Source of the DNA: Macrostomum lignano
Taxonomy: Eukaryota
Direction: 5' to 3'
Assembly (NCBI GenBank): GCA_002269645.1
Contig: NIVC01000992.1
Span: 186,001-250,000 of the forward strand
Length of the DNA stretch: 64,000 nt
The position numbers were made by a program, and so were the translations under genes. The stretch's first letter is position 1. Each line of letters starts with the position of its first letter. This document shows positions 11,827 to 23,057 of this stretch, one piece after another. The notes beneath the pieces were generated by a model, which was given only the letters and a program-made list of their open reading frames with translations, had not been told where the DNA came from and made no database searches.

Positions 11827-12425
11827 GGCAAACTACAGCAATTTACATTAAAGTGCACTGCACAGCTGAAAGAATGCTGAGGATCGGGCAGGAGCCTTAC
11901 AGTGCTCGTAAATCGGATTTGAGATTGAGAAGCTAAAAAATGGCTGGAAAATCAGCTCTCCACTAAACTACCCGAATTCAGGTACGGAAGGAACAGCTGT
12001 GCCGTTGGAACAGCCAAAGCTTAAAAAATATCGATTTTAATTTTCTCTAACCCTCAGTCTGCCCAACCTCATTCCAGTCGCCGGAACACTTCCTTCAACA
12101 AGGGGGCCACGCCATATTCTGCCTGGCTTAGATTTGAATTGAATTTTTTCTCTCATTTTAGTGGTTAGCTGGCTCTCTTCTCTCCCAGCCCTTTTTTACC
12201 CTTTGCTTTCCACAATATTCGCTAGCACGAGTAAGGATTGACGCAATGGAAACAAGGAAATGATGCTGTTTTAGCGTCTACTGAAGTACGTAGTTTATGG
12301 TGCACTTCACCTCCTTGAGGGCCAACCCCAAATCCCTCAGAAATCCCTCTGGAAATCAATGCAGACGCAAGTACAACTCATGACCATAATTAGTCAATCA
12401 CTATGATTAAGTTGTCCTTGTGCAG

Positions 12426-12725
12426 ACGCCAAGTTCAAGAACACACGGGCTAACTTTTTGTTGAGCACCTTCTCAAACAAGAATCAAGTCGCCAGCCCTT
12501 TGGATCGTCAAGATATTCAACAATTATTCCAGAAGGTCGGATTTTCCGAAGGTCGGAAGCGCCAGTGTATTCAGTACATCCCTGTGCGCCAATCAGCACT
12601 GCGCCTCGGTGCAGCCCTGCCAAGCCTTCAAATTTCATCAACACGTCGAGCACATGTGTCTGCGTCAGCTTTGACTTCGTTAGTCACTGGCCTACACCTA
12701 GCCGGAGCTTCTGGACCTTCAACAG
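12426..12725 (+). other. Possible exon (coding or 5-prime UTR) of the downstream plus-strand gene
   Basis: Acceptor ccttgtgcag| at 12426 followed by an open frame AKFKNTRANFLLSTFSNKNQVASPLDRQDIQQLFQKVGFSEG...; donor uncertain, no recognisable homology. Confidence 0.25.
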
Positions 12726-13051
12726 GTGGCACTAGATTACTGCCGGTACCCTATTGCAAATTTCTCTAATGTTTCATGTACATGAAATACGCGCACATGA
12801 AAATGTTCGGTAGATCCTACTTATCGTCAGTAGCGAGCTGCAGAACAAAAGCTGGAGATAAGGATCCGTGTTGCACTGATACCAAGGCATCCACAGTTAC
12901 TGGCTTCTAAAAGAAAAGATAAGGAAATCTGCACTACATAAAATTTATTATCGATTCAAATGTTCTTATCAACGAAGCTGCTTGGCGCGGCCGGGTCAAT
13001 AATTCCTGACTGCTCAACAAAGTGATTCTCCTTGAAGCAGAGGGCTAACAA

Positions 13052-13185
13052 ATGCAGCAACACAAATCAGGTGAGCCATCGTCAGAGCTGCAGCAACAGC
13101 AGGCCACCCAGGAAGCCACTGGAAGGCATCGATGTCAAACTGACAGAACTTGGCGATATGCTGCAGCGTTTAAACGGAGGGTCAT
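13052..13185 (+). CDS. Putative first coding exon of an uncharacterised low-complexity protein
   Basis: ATG 13052, MQQHKSGEPSSELQQQQATQEATGRHRCQTDRTWRYAAAFKRRV; strong donor AT|gtaagt; phase 2 matches the acceptor at 14964 in the long ORF frame. Confidence 0.45.
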
Positions 13186-13249
13186 GTAAGTGCAGGGTTG
13201 ATATTCTAGGCTCTTGTTTATGACACGTTATTAGTATCATCTGGGTTTA

Positions 13250-14595
13250 AAAGAGCATCATCTGAGTTTATGAGTTACGAAGTAGTATTATCTGAGTTTA
13301 TACGATCATCATCTTAGTTTATGAGTTACTATCATCTAAGTCTATAAGCTGGTATCAACAGAGTTTATAAGAGTATTATCTTATTTTATGAGTTAGCATC
13401 ATCTGAGTCTATGAGCTAGTAAGCTAGTATCATCTTAGTTTATGAGCTAGTATCATCTGGGTCTATGAGCCAGTATCATCTGGGTCTATGAGCCAGTATC
13501 ATCTGGGTCTATGAGCCAGCATCATCTGAGTCTATGAGCTAGTATCATCTGAGTCTATGAGCCAGCATCATCTGAGTCTATGAGCCAGTATCATCTGGGT
13601 CTATGAGCCAGTATCATCTGGGTCTATGAGCCAGTATCATCTGGGTCTATGAGCCAGCATCATCTGAGTCTATGAGCCAGCATCATCTGAGTCTATGAGC
13701 CAGTATCATCTGGGTCTATGAGCCAGCATCATCTGAGTCTATGAGCCAGCATCATCTGAGTCTATGAGCTAGTATCATCTGAGTCTATGAGCCAGCATCA
13801 TCTGAGTCTATGAGCCAGTATCATCTGAGTCCATGAGCCAGCATCATCTGAGTCTATGAGCCAGCATCATCTGAGTCTATGAGCCAGCATCATCTGAGTC
13901 CATGAGCCAGCATCATCTGAGTCCATGAGCCAGTATCATCTGAGTCCATGAGCCAGTATCATCTGAGTCTATGAGCCAGCATCATCTGAGTCTATGAGCA
14001 GCATCATCTGAGTCTATGAGCCAGCATCATCTGAGTCTATGCAGAGCTAGTATCATCTGAGTCTATGCAGAGCTAGTATCATCTGAGTCTATGAGCCAGC
14101 ATCATCTGAGTCTATGAGCCAGCATCATCTGAGTCTATGAGCTAGTATCATCTGAGTCTATGAGCCAGCATCATCTGAGTCTATGAGCCAGTATCATCTG
14201 AGTCCATGAGCCAGCATCATCTGAGTCTATGAGCCAGCATCATCTGAGTCTATGAGCCAGCATCATCTGAGTCCATGAGCCAGCATCATCTGAGTCCATG
14301 AGCCAGTATCATCTGAGTCCATGAGCCAGTATCATCTGAGTCTATGAGCCAGCATCATCTGAGTCTATGAGCAGCATCATCTGAGTCTATGAGCCAGCAT
14401 CATCTGAGTCTATGAGCCAGCATCATCTGAGTCTATGCAGAGCTAGTATCATCTGAGTCTATGCAGAGCTAGTATCATCTGAGTCTATGAGCCAGCATCA
14501 TCTGAGTCTATGAGCTAGTATCATCTGAGTCTATGAGCCAGCATCATCTGAGTCTATGAGCCAGCATAATCTGAGTCTATGAGCTAGTATCAACT
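13250..14595. repeat. 23-bp minisatellite (GAGCCAGCATCATCTGAGTCTAT), degenerate at the left end
   Basis: About 50 copies read directly; lies in the predicted intron 13186-14963. Confidence 0.97.
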
Positions 14596-14963
14596 GATGT
14601 AGAAACCGATTAGCAACTAAAAATAGAATTAGTTGAAATTTGAACGCAACAAATCAAACTCATTCAATATACCACAGTACGCCTGTACATGTACAGTCAG
14701 TCACATAAGGACTGGCACTGAAAACGAAGGCTCTCAGACAGGCCTTCGTCCCCTCTCACCCTGTCGTTCAAAAGGCGGACATCTCACAATGTCTGGCTGC
14801 GTGATGCCCCGCATCCCAAAATACAGCCCGCCTCCCCAAGTCGCACGAATCAATTTTCTAGCCACGCCCTCATCTTCGCATTTCTTCTCATTCTTTTTTA
14901 TTCGCAATATTTTCTACTTTGATATTTTGGAGACGAGGATTTTTCTCCCTTGCTGCGGCGCAG

Positions 14964-16021
14964 ATCGCGAAAACCCGGGTTAGCCTGCGGCTGGCCCAGC
15001 TACTACCAGCAGCAGCACCAGCAGCCGCCAAACCAACCGGACTTCCGTCGCTCCTGGCTTATCTGGCGACTTCGACATCATCAAAGAAGGGCTGACGCGG
15101 CTGCAGCTGCCGGCACCGCTGAACCCGCCGTTGGAGCAGCTGCCGCCGCCGCCGCCGCTCCGACTCCGTCTAGTCTGGACAGCATCCCGGAGGTAGTTGG
15201 ACGCCAGGGCGAGAGCCAATTTAATCGGCACCAAAGAAGAATGCAGCAGCAGCAGCAGCAGCAGCAGCAGATGGCGTCCAGTCGTGGCTCTTCAACGACA
15301 ACAAGCGGATTTGGCGCCACCGCCGCCGCAGCCGCCGCCACTGGTGACTCGCTCTCGTCTTCAGCTGGCGCGGGAATGTCCTCCGTTGGACTGCACGAAG
15401 CCATCCAGCAATATCTGCAGACCTACTGCAGCAGCGGCCTGCCACAACAGTCGGGTTTGACTCATCCGAGATTCACCGACTCGCCAACATCCATGGACTC
15501 AGGCAGGCAGCTGGTGGCCAGCAGACTCCGCTGACGCCAGCGGACATCGCGGCTGAGGTGCGCCGTCTCGAACACCTCTACGAGGCGGGCGGTGATTTTC
15601 GCTTCCTACCGGAGCGATTCGTCCGTAATTGGCAGCAGCGTCGGACTCAGCTGGAGGATCAGCGGCGGTCCCTCGCCGCGGCATCGCGGACCGACAGCGC
15701 TGGCGGTGGCGTCGCCAGCCTGAGCGACGCTTCATCAAGTTTCTCTTCCGCCGCGCAACGAGACGAGAGTCAACTGCTGCGCAGGGTGCTCAGACAGCTG
15801 CTGACGCTTGACGGCAGAGAACGGAGCGGCGGCGGCGGCAGCGAAAGGCGCGTCTCAGGAGGCAACGCTCGACTGCAGCGCTGGCAGAGGGCGGTCGCGG
15901 TCGCCACAGCCGCCAGGAACTCGGCAGTGAATCGAGCCGCAGCGACAGCGGCAACCGTTTCTAAGATGCAGACTGAAGAGCAGCTTCAGCAGCGGCAGAC
16001 GCAGCAGCAACGTATTAAGAA
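14964..16021 (+). CDS. Putative exon(s) of the uncharacterised Gln/Ala/Ser-rich protein; frame switch near 15450-15530
   Basis: Acceptor gcgcag| at 14964. GC-rich open frames 14950-15534 and (from ~15.4 kb) to 16021 with protein-like segments LHEAIQQYLQTY and DIAAEVRRLEHLYEAGG; donor AA|gtattt is phase 2, matching 16412. Confidence 0.55.
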
Positions 16022-16059
16022 GTATTTTTATGAAGTTCAATCTTCAATCATTCTTTTTT

Positions 16060-16100
16060 GTTAGTTAGTTAGTTAGTTAGTTAGTCAGTTAGTTAGTTAT

Positions 16101-16191
<91 letters not shown>

Positions 16192-16394
16192 CTTAGTTAG
16201 TTACTTAGTTAGTTAGTCAGTCAGTCAGTCAGTCAGTCAGTCAGTCAGTCAGTCAGTCAGTCAGTCAGTCAGTCAGTCAGTCAGTCAGTCAGTCAGTCAG
16301 TCAGTCAGTCAGTCAGTCAGTCAGTCAGTCAGTCAGTCAGTCAGTCAGTCAGTCAGTCAGTCAGTCAGTCAGTCAGTTAGTCAGTCATTGGTTA
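16060..16394. repeat. Compound (TTAG)n-(TCAG)n microsatellite in an intron
   Basis: Direct reading. Confidence 0.97.
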
Positions 16395-16411
16395 GTTTTC
16401 TCTTCATACAG

Positions 16412-17753
16412 ATGCAGCGTTGCTGCTCAAGACGCCGCCTTCGCTGGACTGAACTTTGAAAGTGTGAAGAACCAACCGTCGCAGCAGCAGCAGCCGCCGC
16501 AGGCAATCAGCGAGTCGGCGGCAGCCAAGCGCGCCGAGTTGGCTCATCAGATCGACATGCGCACGAGACGGCGCCTTCAAGGCCGTCGATTTGAGCGCTC
16601 CTTCACCGAAACTGATGGCGTCGCATTTGGAGCTGATGAAGCGTCCAAACTTAATGGCCCGCCAGAATGCAACAACGAGAGCAATGGTTGCCTCAGCAAC
16701 AGTTGCTCCCAGGAGGTCAGCGAAATCATGTCGACGATATCGATAACTCAAGAGTCTTCACCAAAAACGTCGTCTGCAGTGCCGCAGCCTCAGCCGCTGC
16801 CGCAGCAGGCGCTGCTGTCAGTTGTACTTCCGGACTTTCAGCTCGGCGGAAGTCGACGAAGCAGCCTTCGACGAAGCAGCGTTGTTGGCGGTAGCGGCGG
16901 CTGCGGAAACGGAGGCTGCCTCAGCGTCTTAGGCGCCGGAGTCAACACCGCAACACCAGCGCCTCCAACGCCACTGACAGTAATCGACAGGGACGACGAT
17001 CTGACAGCTGGTAGTTTTGAGTCTGTCGCTGTCGTCGAACAGAAGCTGCCACCTGCAGCTGTTCGCAACGATGTCGGCCTTCAAGCTGATGTCGATCGGC
17101 TCAGTCCTCTGCTGACCGCGGCCTCTGTCGCTGACTGCGACGCTGAACTCGACGCTTCCGGAGTCGACACAGCCGAAGACATCAGCTGGAATCCCGCAGT
17201 TGAAGAGCTACAGAATGACATCGACGAGGTGAGAATGTCGATTCACAGCCTTACTGATCAGGTTCGCGGCGACATCGAGCGAATGGAGGGCCAGCTCCGA
17301 GAGAGCGGATCAGCTACATGTACCAATGCGGCCAAGCGCCAGGCGTCTCAGTCGCCTCTGACGCTGACAGACGCATCTGCATCGGCGCTGTCTATCGAGG
17401 TTCAGAAAGTGCACTCCTGGCTAAACAGATTCGAACTCCAAGATTCGAGCCCTTCCCAACGAATTAGGAAAAGACAGCAGCAGCAGCAGCGAGGCTCACC
17501 TGCAGGCAGTTCATTCTCCTCTTCACCTGCCTTCCTTTGTGGCGACGGTGGAAGGTCGCGCTGCCACATTGAGTGCGTGCGCCCCCTGCTGGTGAACTTG
17601 AACACCGGGGATCGGGTGCCGGCTATGGAATTTCCTAATACGTCCGCTCGGCGATCAAAATTCTGCTCGACTTTGATTGTTAATGTCAACGGTTTGTTAC
17701 GAATGACTGACTCACTGACTCATCATTCGCGCATTGAGTCACCAGCTACCTGA
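16412..17753 (+). CDS. Putative last exon of the uncharacterised protein (disordered, with a predicted coiled coil)
   Basis: Acceptor ttctcttcatacag| at 16412; stop-free frame of about 446 codons; heptad-like VEELQNDIDEVRMSIHSLTDQVRGDIERMEGQL; TGA at 17751-17753. Confidence 0.7.
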
Positions 17754-17785
17754 CCTCATTCACAGATTCATTAACCTCAGATCGC

Positions 17786-18047
17786 TACTTGGCTCAATGA
17801 CTCATTAGCCACTGACCCTTACTTGACTCAATGACTAGCCACTGACCTTTACTTGGCGCAATGACTCATTAGCCACTGACTTTTACTTGGCTCAATGACT
17901 CATTAGCCACTGACCTTTACTTGGCTCAATGACTCATTAGCCACTGACCTTTACTTGGCTCAATGACTCATTAGCCACTGACCTTTACTTGGCTCAATGA
18001 CTCATTAGTCAGTGCTTTACTTGGCTCAATGACTCATTAGCCACTGA
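17786..18047. repeat. 34-bp minisatellite, most units carrying AATGACTCATT (AP-1/TRE motif)
   Basis: Unit TTACTTGGCTCAATGACTCATTAGCCACTGACCT, about 8 copies. Confidence 0.93.
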
Positions 18048-20976
18048 CAGCATGCTTCATTCATTCTACAGTACACGCAGTTTTCCAACGCTCCGTTAAA
18101 TATGTTTGTTCAAAGAAAATGTTTCTAATTCCGACTCAAAATGGTGGCGCCAAAAAGAAGCATGGAACCCCGGTGCACTAATACTTACAGTATTTAATCC
18201 GTGATTGACTATAGCAGCTTGCACCACTAAAGCTTTAGCCACAATTCAACTAGCCATATTTCAGCAATTTCGTTCGACTTTGAGCGGAGCGCCAGATGAA
18301 AAAACTACTGCCTTATCAAAGAGTAGGCATATAGCGCTAGGCCTTATCGAAACCGCTGAGACGACCAGAGCGACCACGCCCTAAAATATTGTTTGCTCTC
18401 TCAGCCTCCTTCCACTTCACTCCCTGCTTATTATGCATGGTCAGAATAGTGGCGACTTAAGCAACCTGCTATAAAGTTTACTTGTAGGTAAAATCCTGCT
18501 TGTAAATTATTTTAGCGATTCTAAATTTAAAAACGTCGTATTAACTCGAAAATTATTAATCATTTTCAAAATCTTGGTTTTAAAAAAACCGTCGTCAGAT
18601 ATTCCTATTTTGCTTCGTTTCTACTTTCAGTAGTGCATTAAGCAGACAATAAAGATTTCGTTGAACAGCCAAAAAACCTTTAATTAGGTTTTTCCTTACT
18701 CAAAGTTAAAGACTTTTATTTGTTCATATTTTAAAAATACTAATATCGCGAGGTACCTTTCATTTGAAGCTTAATTAAGAATAATTGTTTAGATAAATGA
18801 TTTTGTCATAAGCTTTTTGTGGTCCAAGTCCAGAATGAAATAATAATTATAATCAAATAGTTGAGATAAATTGCGCTGACAGAGTCAAAACAGAACACTG
18901 AAATATTGCAAACCATTTAACGGCCAGACAGATTATTATCTAACAGACAATTAAAAGGGAATAAGTTTGACGCACTTGTTGTACATAAACAAATTCGACA
19001 TAGAGTCAAGTCAGTTTTTATGGGCCAATGGGCGTGCGGCAGTGTAGGTCCTTCAATTCTAAGCTAAAAATGGATAGAATAACAAACATGCATCATTCGG
19101 ATTATTACGATTATCACGTTGAATAAAAATACAAGCAAAATATGAGTTGATGAGATGCAAAACTGGTTGAGTTGACTTTGGAGTTTACAAAACAGATGAT
19201 GCTAATTAATTAGTGTTATTAAATTTTATACTGTAATATAGTAAATAATAAATTGTTGTGTAAGTATTATAAACCCAAGGAAGATTAAAAATTACAATTA
19301 CCAAAGATGCCTAATGTCGATTATTTTCTTAATTTAAATTCACGTCACGTTTTGTCAATGTTTTATCATAAAAAATAACAAAAAGAGCATGCTCTAAATT
19401 AAACATTTTTGCTTTATACGTTTTCGATTTACGAATTGTTAGCGCAAATTAAATTTTAAAATCAAATTGCGTTCCGCGAATTCAACTTTTTGAATAAACT
19501 TTTCACCAATAAAACACTCGCAAACACACTGAATCAGCGATATCAGAATCAGATTTACAGTAGATAGTTGCTAGATGAAAATTATGATTGGTGAAAGACA
19601 ACAATATTTAATAGCAGAATTTTTGTAAGAAATTTTGTAGGAGCGTTTAATTAGCGAATAGTTTTAACTGCAGGGTTTGAGATAACAAACGGTAAGTGTT
19701 TCCGTGCGTCGATATGCATGCATTGAGAAATATTAGTGTGACAGTGTTGTTATCACTGTCGATATCGGTTGTTATTTTTAGCTAGTGGTTCGGTTTTTTA
19801 CAATTGTCTCCCTAAGGGTTTAGCTAGTTGTAAAATCGGGGCTCTATGATTGCCTATGCGTAGACAAAAATGGCATTTGAGCGAGTTTCTTTTTAATATT
19901 TCTGTTTGGGTTAATGCTTTTTCAGCAACTTTTTTTGCATTTTTGTTATAGTAATTGGCGTGTTCAAACTTTAATTTGCTCGCGTAGGCTTTCGTAAATC
20001 ACATGGCACTACTTCTCTCGCCTTTGTTAGACTCGTTCAAATTGAAATATCAGATATGCACACAGTCAAAGTTAAAATTACTACTGACGCTAAAATCTGA
20101 AAGTCCTAAGAGTTTTCAAGGCTAGAAACTAATGCTAGCTACGAGGAGCTATTTACATACTCGTAGAATAACAAAATATTTTATGGCCCGATGTTATAGT
20201 CACGTGCCTAGACGGTTGCCCGCAAGTGTTCCTAAAAATAGCAACCAATTAACACATCAGCCAATTAAAACCCGTCAGGCTGCGTCCGTTTTCTTCTCTT
20301 ATCTTATCTGGTCGTTTTCGATTGGTTGTTACTCTTCCAGACTTTAGGGGTAGTGGGGGCAGGGTCTTAACTCTCAAGAAAACAAAGAACTGTTATGATC
20401 AAGATCGATACACAGAACAAGGTGGAGCTAAAAAATGTAGATATTACCAAAAATACACGCTAAGACTATTTTTTAAAATTAACACGTCACATACATTAGA
20501 ATATGCATGCATAATTTGATTCAGTGTTGGATGCATTATTTTCTTTCTTTGAGATCACGTGACCCTCCTTGACATCCTGGATCTACCATTATATAATTTG
20601 ACGCAACGACGCGAGAAGCACAAGAAAATCGAGAATTGGTGCATGAAATGGTAGAAAAATAAGTTGCAAATTGTTACAAATACAAAAAATACCTACAATA
20701 GATAGGAGCGCAGAGTAATATATAGGCATGTACACTTAATGTACAGCTGCAAGAGTTTACAAAAATGGTGCTTTTAGTACATTTATGCACATTTATGTAT
20801 ATATATTGTATATGTAAATCTAACAGCGACGTTTAAAATGTCTCTGTGACAAAAAGATGTTTTTGACTGCCAAAGCTTATTTAAATTGGGATTACTTCTG
20901 GAGTAGTTGACCTTCTCCAGCTTCAGCGTTTGAATTGACGCCTCCATTCCCAGTTGCAACTGGCTGCGATCAAAGC

Positions 20977-21174
20977 TCACAGCGGCGGCTTGTGCATGAA
21001 GTGCGCCAGAATCTCCAATGGCAACGGGAAAATGATGGTGGAATTCTTCTCGGCCGAAATGGTGTTCAGAGTCTGCAGGTAGCGCAGCTGCAGCGCAAAC
21101 GGCGACTCGTTGATAACATCGGCGGCCTCTTTGAGGGCCCGGGAGGCCTTCTGTTCACCTTCGGCTGCGATTAC
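20977..21174 (-). CDS. STOM: Stomatin/MEC-2-like (SPFH/band 7) gene, last coding exon
   Basis: VIAAEGEQKASRALKEAADVINESPFALQLRYLQTLNTISAEKNSTIIFPLPLEILAHFMHKPPL*; gtgcag|GTA acceptor. The symbol denotes the family; exact orthology was not determined. Confidence 0.96.
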   Translation of the reverse strand, partial: VIAAEGEQKASRALKEAADVINESPFALQLRYLQTLNTISAEKNSTIIFPLPLEILAHFMHKPPL

Positions 21175-21764
21175 CTGCACGTGTGGATTTAGTTAGGCAC
21201 TGTGCTGAGATTTACATTGTCTCAATTAAGAGCCCGATATGTATCGAAAAATATTTTAGCTGGAAGTATGTTGATTTCAATTACGTGGCTTTATTGTAGC
21301 ATCCGCTCACACGGGTGATGACTTTCTGAACAAGGATCACTGGCGCCCCTCTAGTGTATTATGGCGCCCCTCTAGTAGTGTATTATGGCACTCCCCACTC
21401 TTATGGTTAAAATCCACCCCCTCAGTTTATATTTCTAAATCGGCCTCTGATCGGCTTAACGCAAGGGTACAACGACGATTTATCGCTGAGCTACTCTTAA
21501 GTCTCTTGACTTTAAACAAAGAAAATTAATACTCTTATATACGCGACTTATATAAGTAGAGTATCAGGCGTATTTCGTAGAAATCCTTAAAAAACGTTGA
21601 CATAAAATAAGACGGATACTACTAACATTGTAGATATTTTCATATCTTCTGTTCTGTTTTCTTGTGTTTTCAAGAGTTATTAATATTGTTTTTGCCTTAT
21701 CCTTCGTAGCTTCCGTAGTGCCCGATATGTATCGAAACAATTATTAGCTGCACGTTAAACTAAC

Positions 21765-21843
21765 CTTGGCCCGAGCTTCGCGAGCGGCCTCAGCTTCGGC
21801 AGCCATGGCTCGCTGCAGCTGAACGGGAAGCCGGACGTCCTTC
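21765..21843 (-). CDS. STOM: Stomatin-like gene, exon (79 bp)
   Basis: (V)KDVRLPVQLQRAMAAEAEAAREARAK; tttacag| acceptor, AAG|gttagt donor. Confidence 0.96.
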
Positions 21844-22088
21844 CTGTAAACAGATTAGACGGGTCAGCACGGTTTAAATTTTCAAGTTACATGTAGGTAA
21901 CATTTGTCCAGAGGCCGAGTCCATTAATTTTTAACTTCATTTTAGTCTCCCTTCGCTTGAGCAAGCTAAATTTCCGCATGATTTAATCTCTTCTGCGTTT
22001 AAAAATCCCGTCAGTTTTGTTTTAATCTGCTTTCACGGCTAAGGCGTACCTAGGTGTACGATTTACACCATCGACTGTCGCTTTGATA

Positions 22089-23057
22089 TAGTGTGTTCTA
22101 CACTGCTTGATCTAGTGTGTTCTACACTGCTTGATCTAGTGTGCTCTACACTGCTTGATCTAGTGTGTTCTACACTGCTTGATCTAGTGTGTTCTACACT
22201 GCTTGATCTAGTGTGTTCTACACTGCTTGATCTAGTGTGTTCTACACTGCTTGATCTAGTGTGTTCTACACTGCTTGATCTAGTGTGCTCTACACTGCTT
22301 GATCTAGTGTGTTCTACACTGCTTGATCTAGTGTGTTCTACACTGCTTGATCTAGTGTGTTCTACACTGCTTGATCTAGTGTGTTCTACACTGCTTGATC
22401 TAGTGTGTTCTACACTGCTTGATCTAGTGTGTTCTACACTGTTTGATCTAGTGTGTTCTACACTGCTTGATCTAGTGTGTTCTACGAGTACACTGTTTGA
22501 TCTAGTGTGTTCTACACTGCTTGATCTAGTGTGTTCTACACTGCTTGATCTAGTGTGATCTACACTGCTTGATCTAGTGTGTTCTACACTGCTTGATCTA
22601 GTGTGTTCTACACTGCTTGATCTAGTGTGTTCTACACTGCTTGATCTAGTGTGTTCTACACTGCTTGATCTAGTGTGTTCTACACTGCTTGATCTAGTGT
22701 GTTCTACACTGCTTGATCTAGTGTGCTCTACACTGCTTGATCTAGTGTGTTCTACACTGCTTGATCTAGTGTGTTCTACACTGCTTGATCTAGTGTGTTC
22801 TACACTGCTTGATCTAGTGTGTTCTACACTGCTTGATCTAGTGTGTTCTACACTGCTTGATCTAGTGTGTTCTACACTGTTTGATCTAGTGTGTTCTACA
22901 CTGCTTGATCTAGTGTGTTCTACGAGTACACTGTTTGATCTAGTGTGTTCTACACTGCTTGATCTAGTGTGTTCTACACTGCTTGATCTAGTGTGATCTA
23001 CACTGCTTGATCTAGTGTGTTCTACACTGCTTGATCTAGTGTGTTCTACACTGCTTG
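22089..23057. repeat. 24-bp minisatellite (TAGTGTGTTCTACACTGCTTGATC), about 40 copies, in a stomatin intron
   Basis: Direct reading; the 336-aa SSSVEHTR ORF is its artefact. Confidence 0.98.

Noticed and set aside
21440-21918. 10-bp inverted pair TCGGCCTCTG / CAGAGGCCGA around the 79-bp stomatin exon
   Set aside because: Wrong arrangement for the ends of one hAT-like element and short enough to be chance.
22089-23057. CRISPR-like appearance of the regular arrays (also 13250-14595, 41994-43260, 49206-49808)
   Set aside because: Units are head-to-tail with no unique spacers, there are no cas genes, and the context is eukaryotic.
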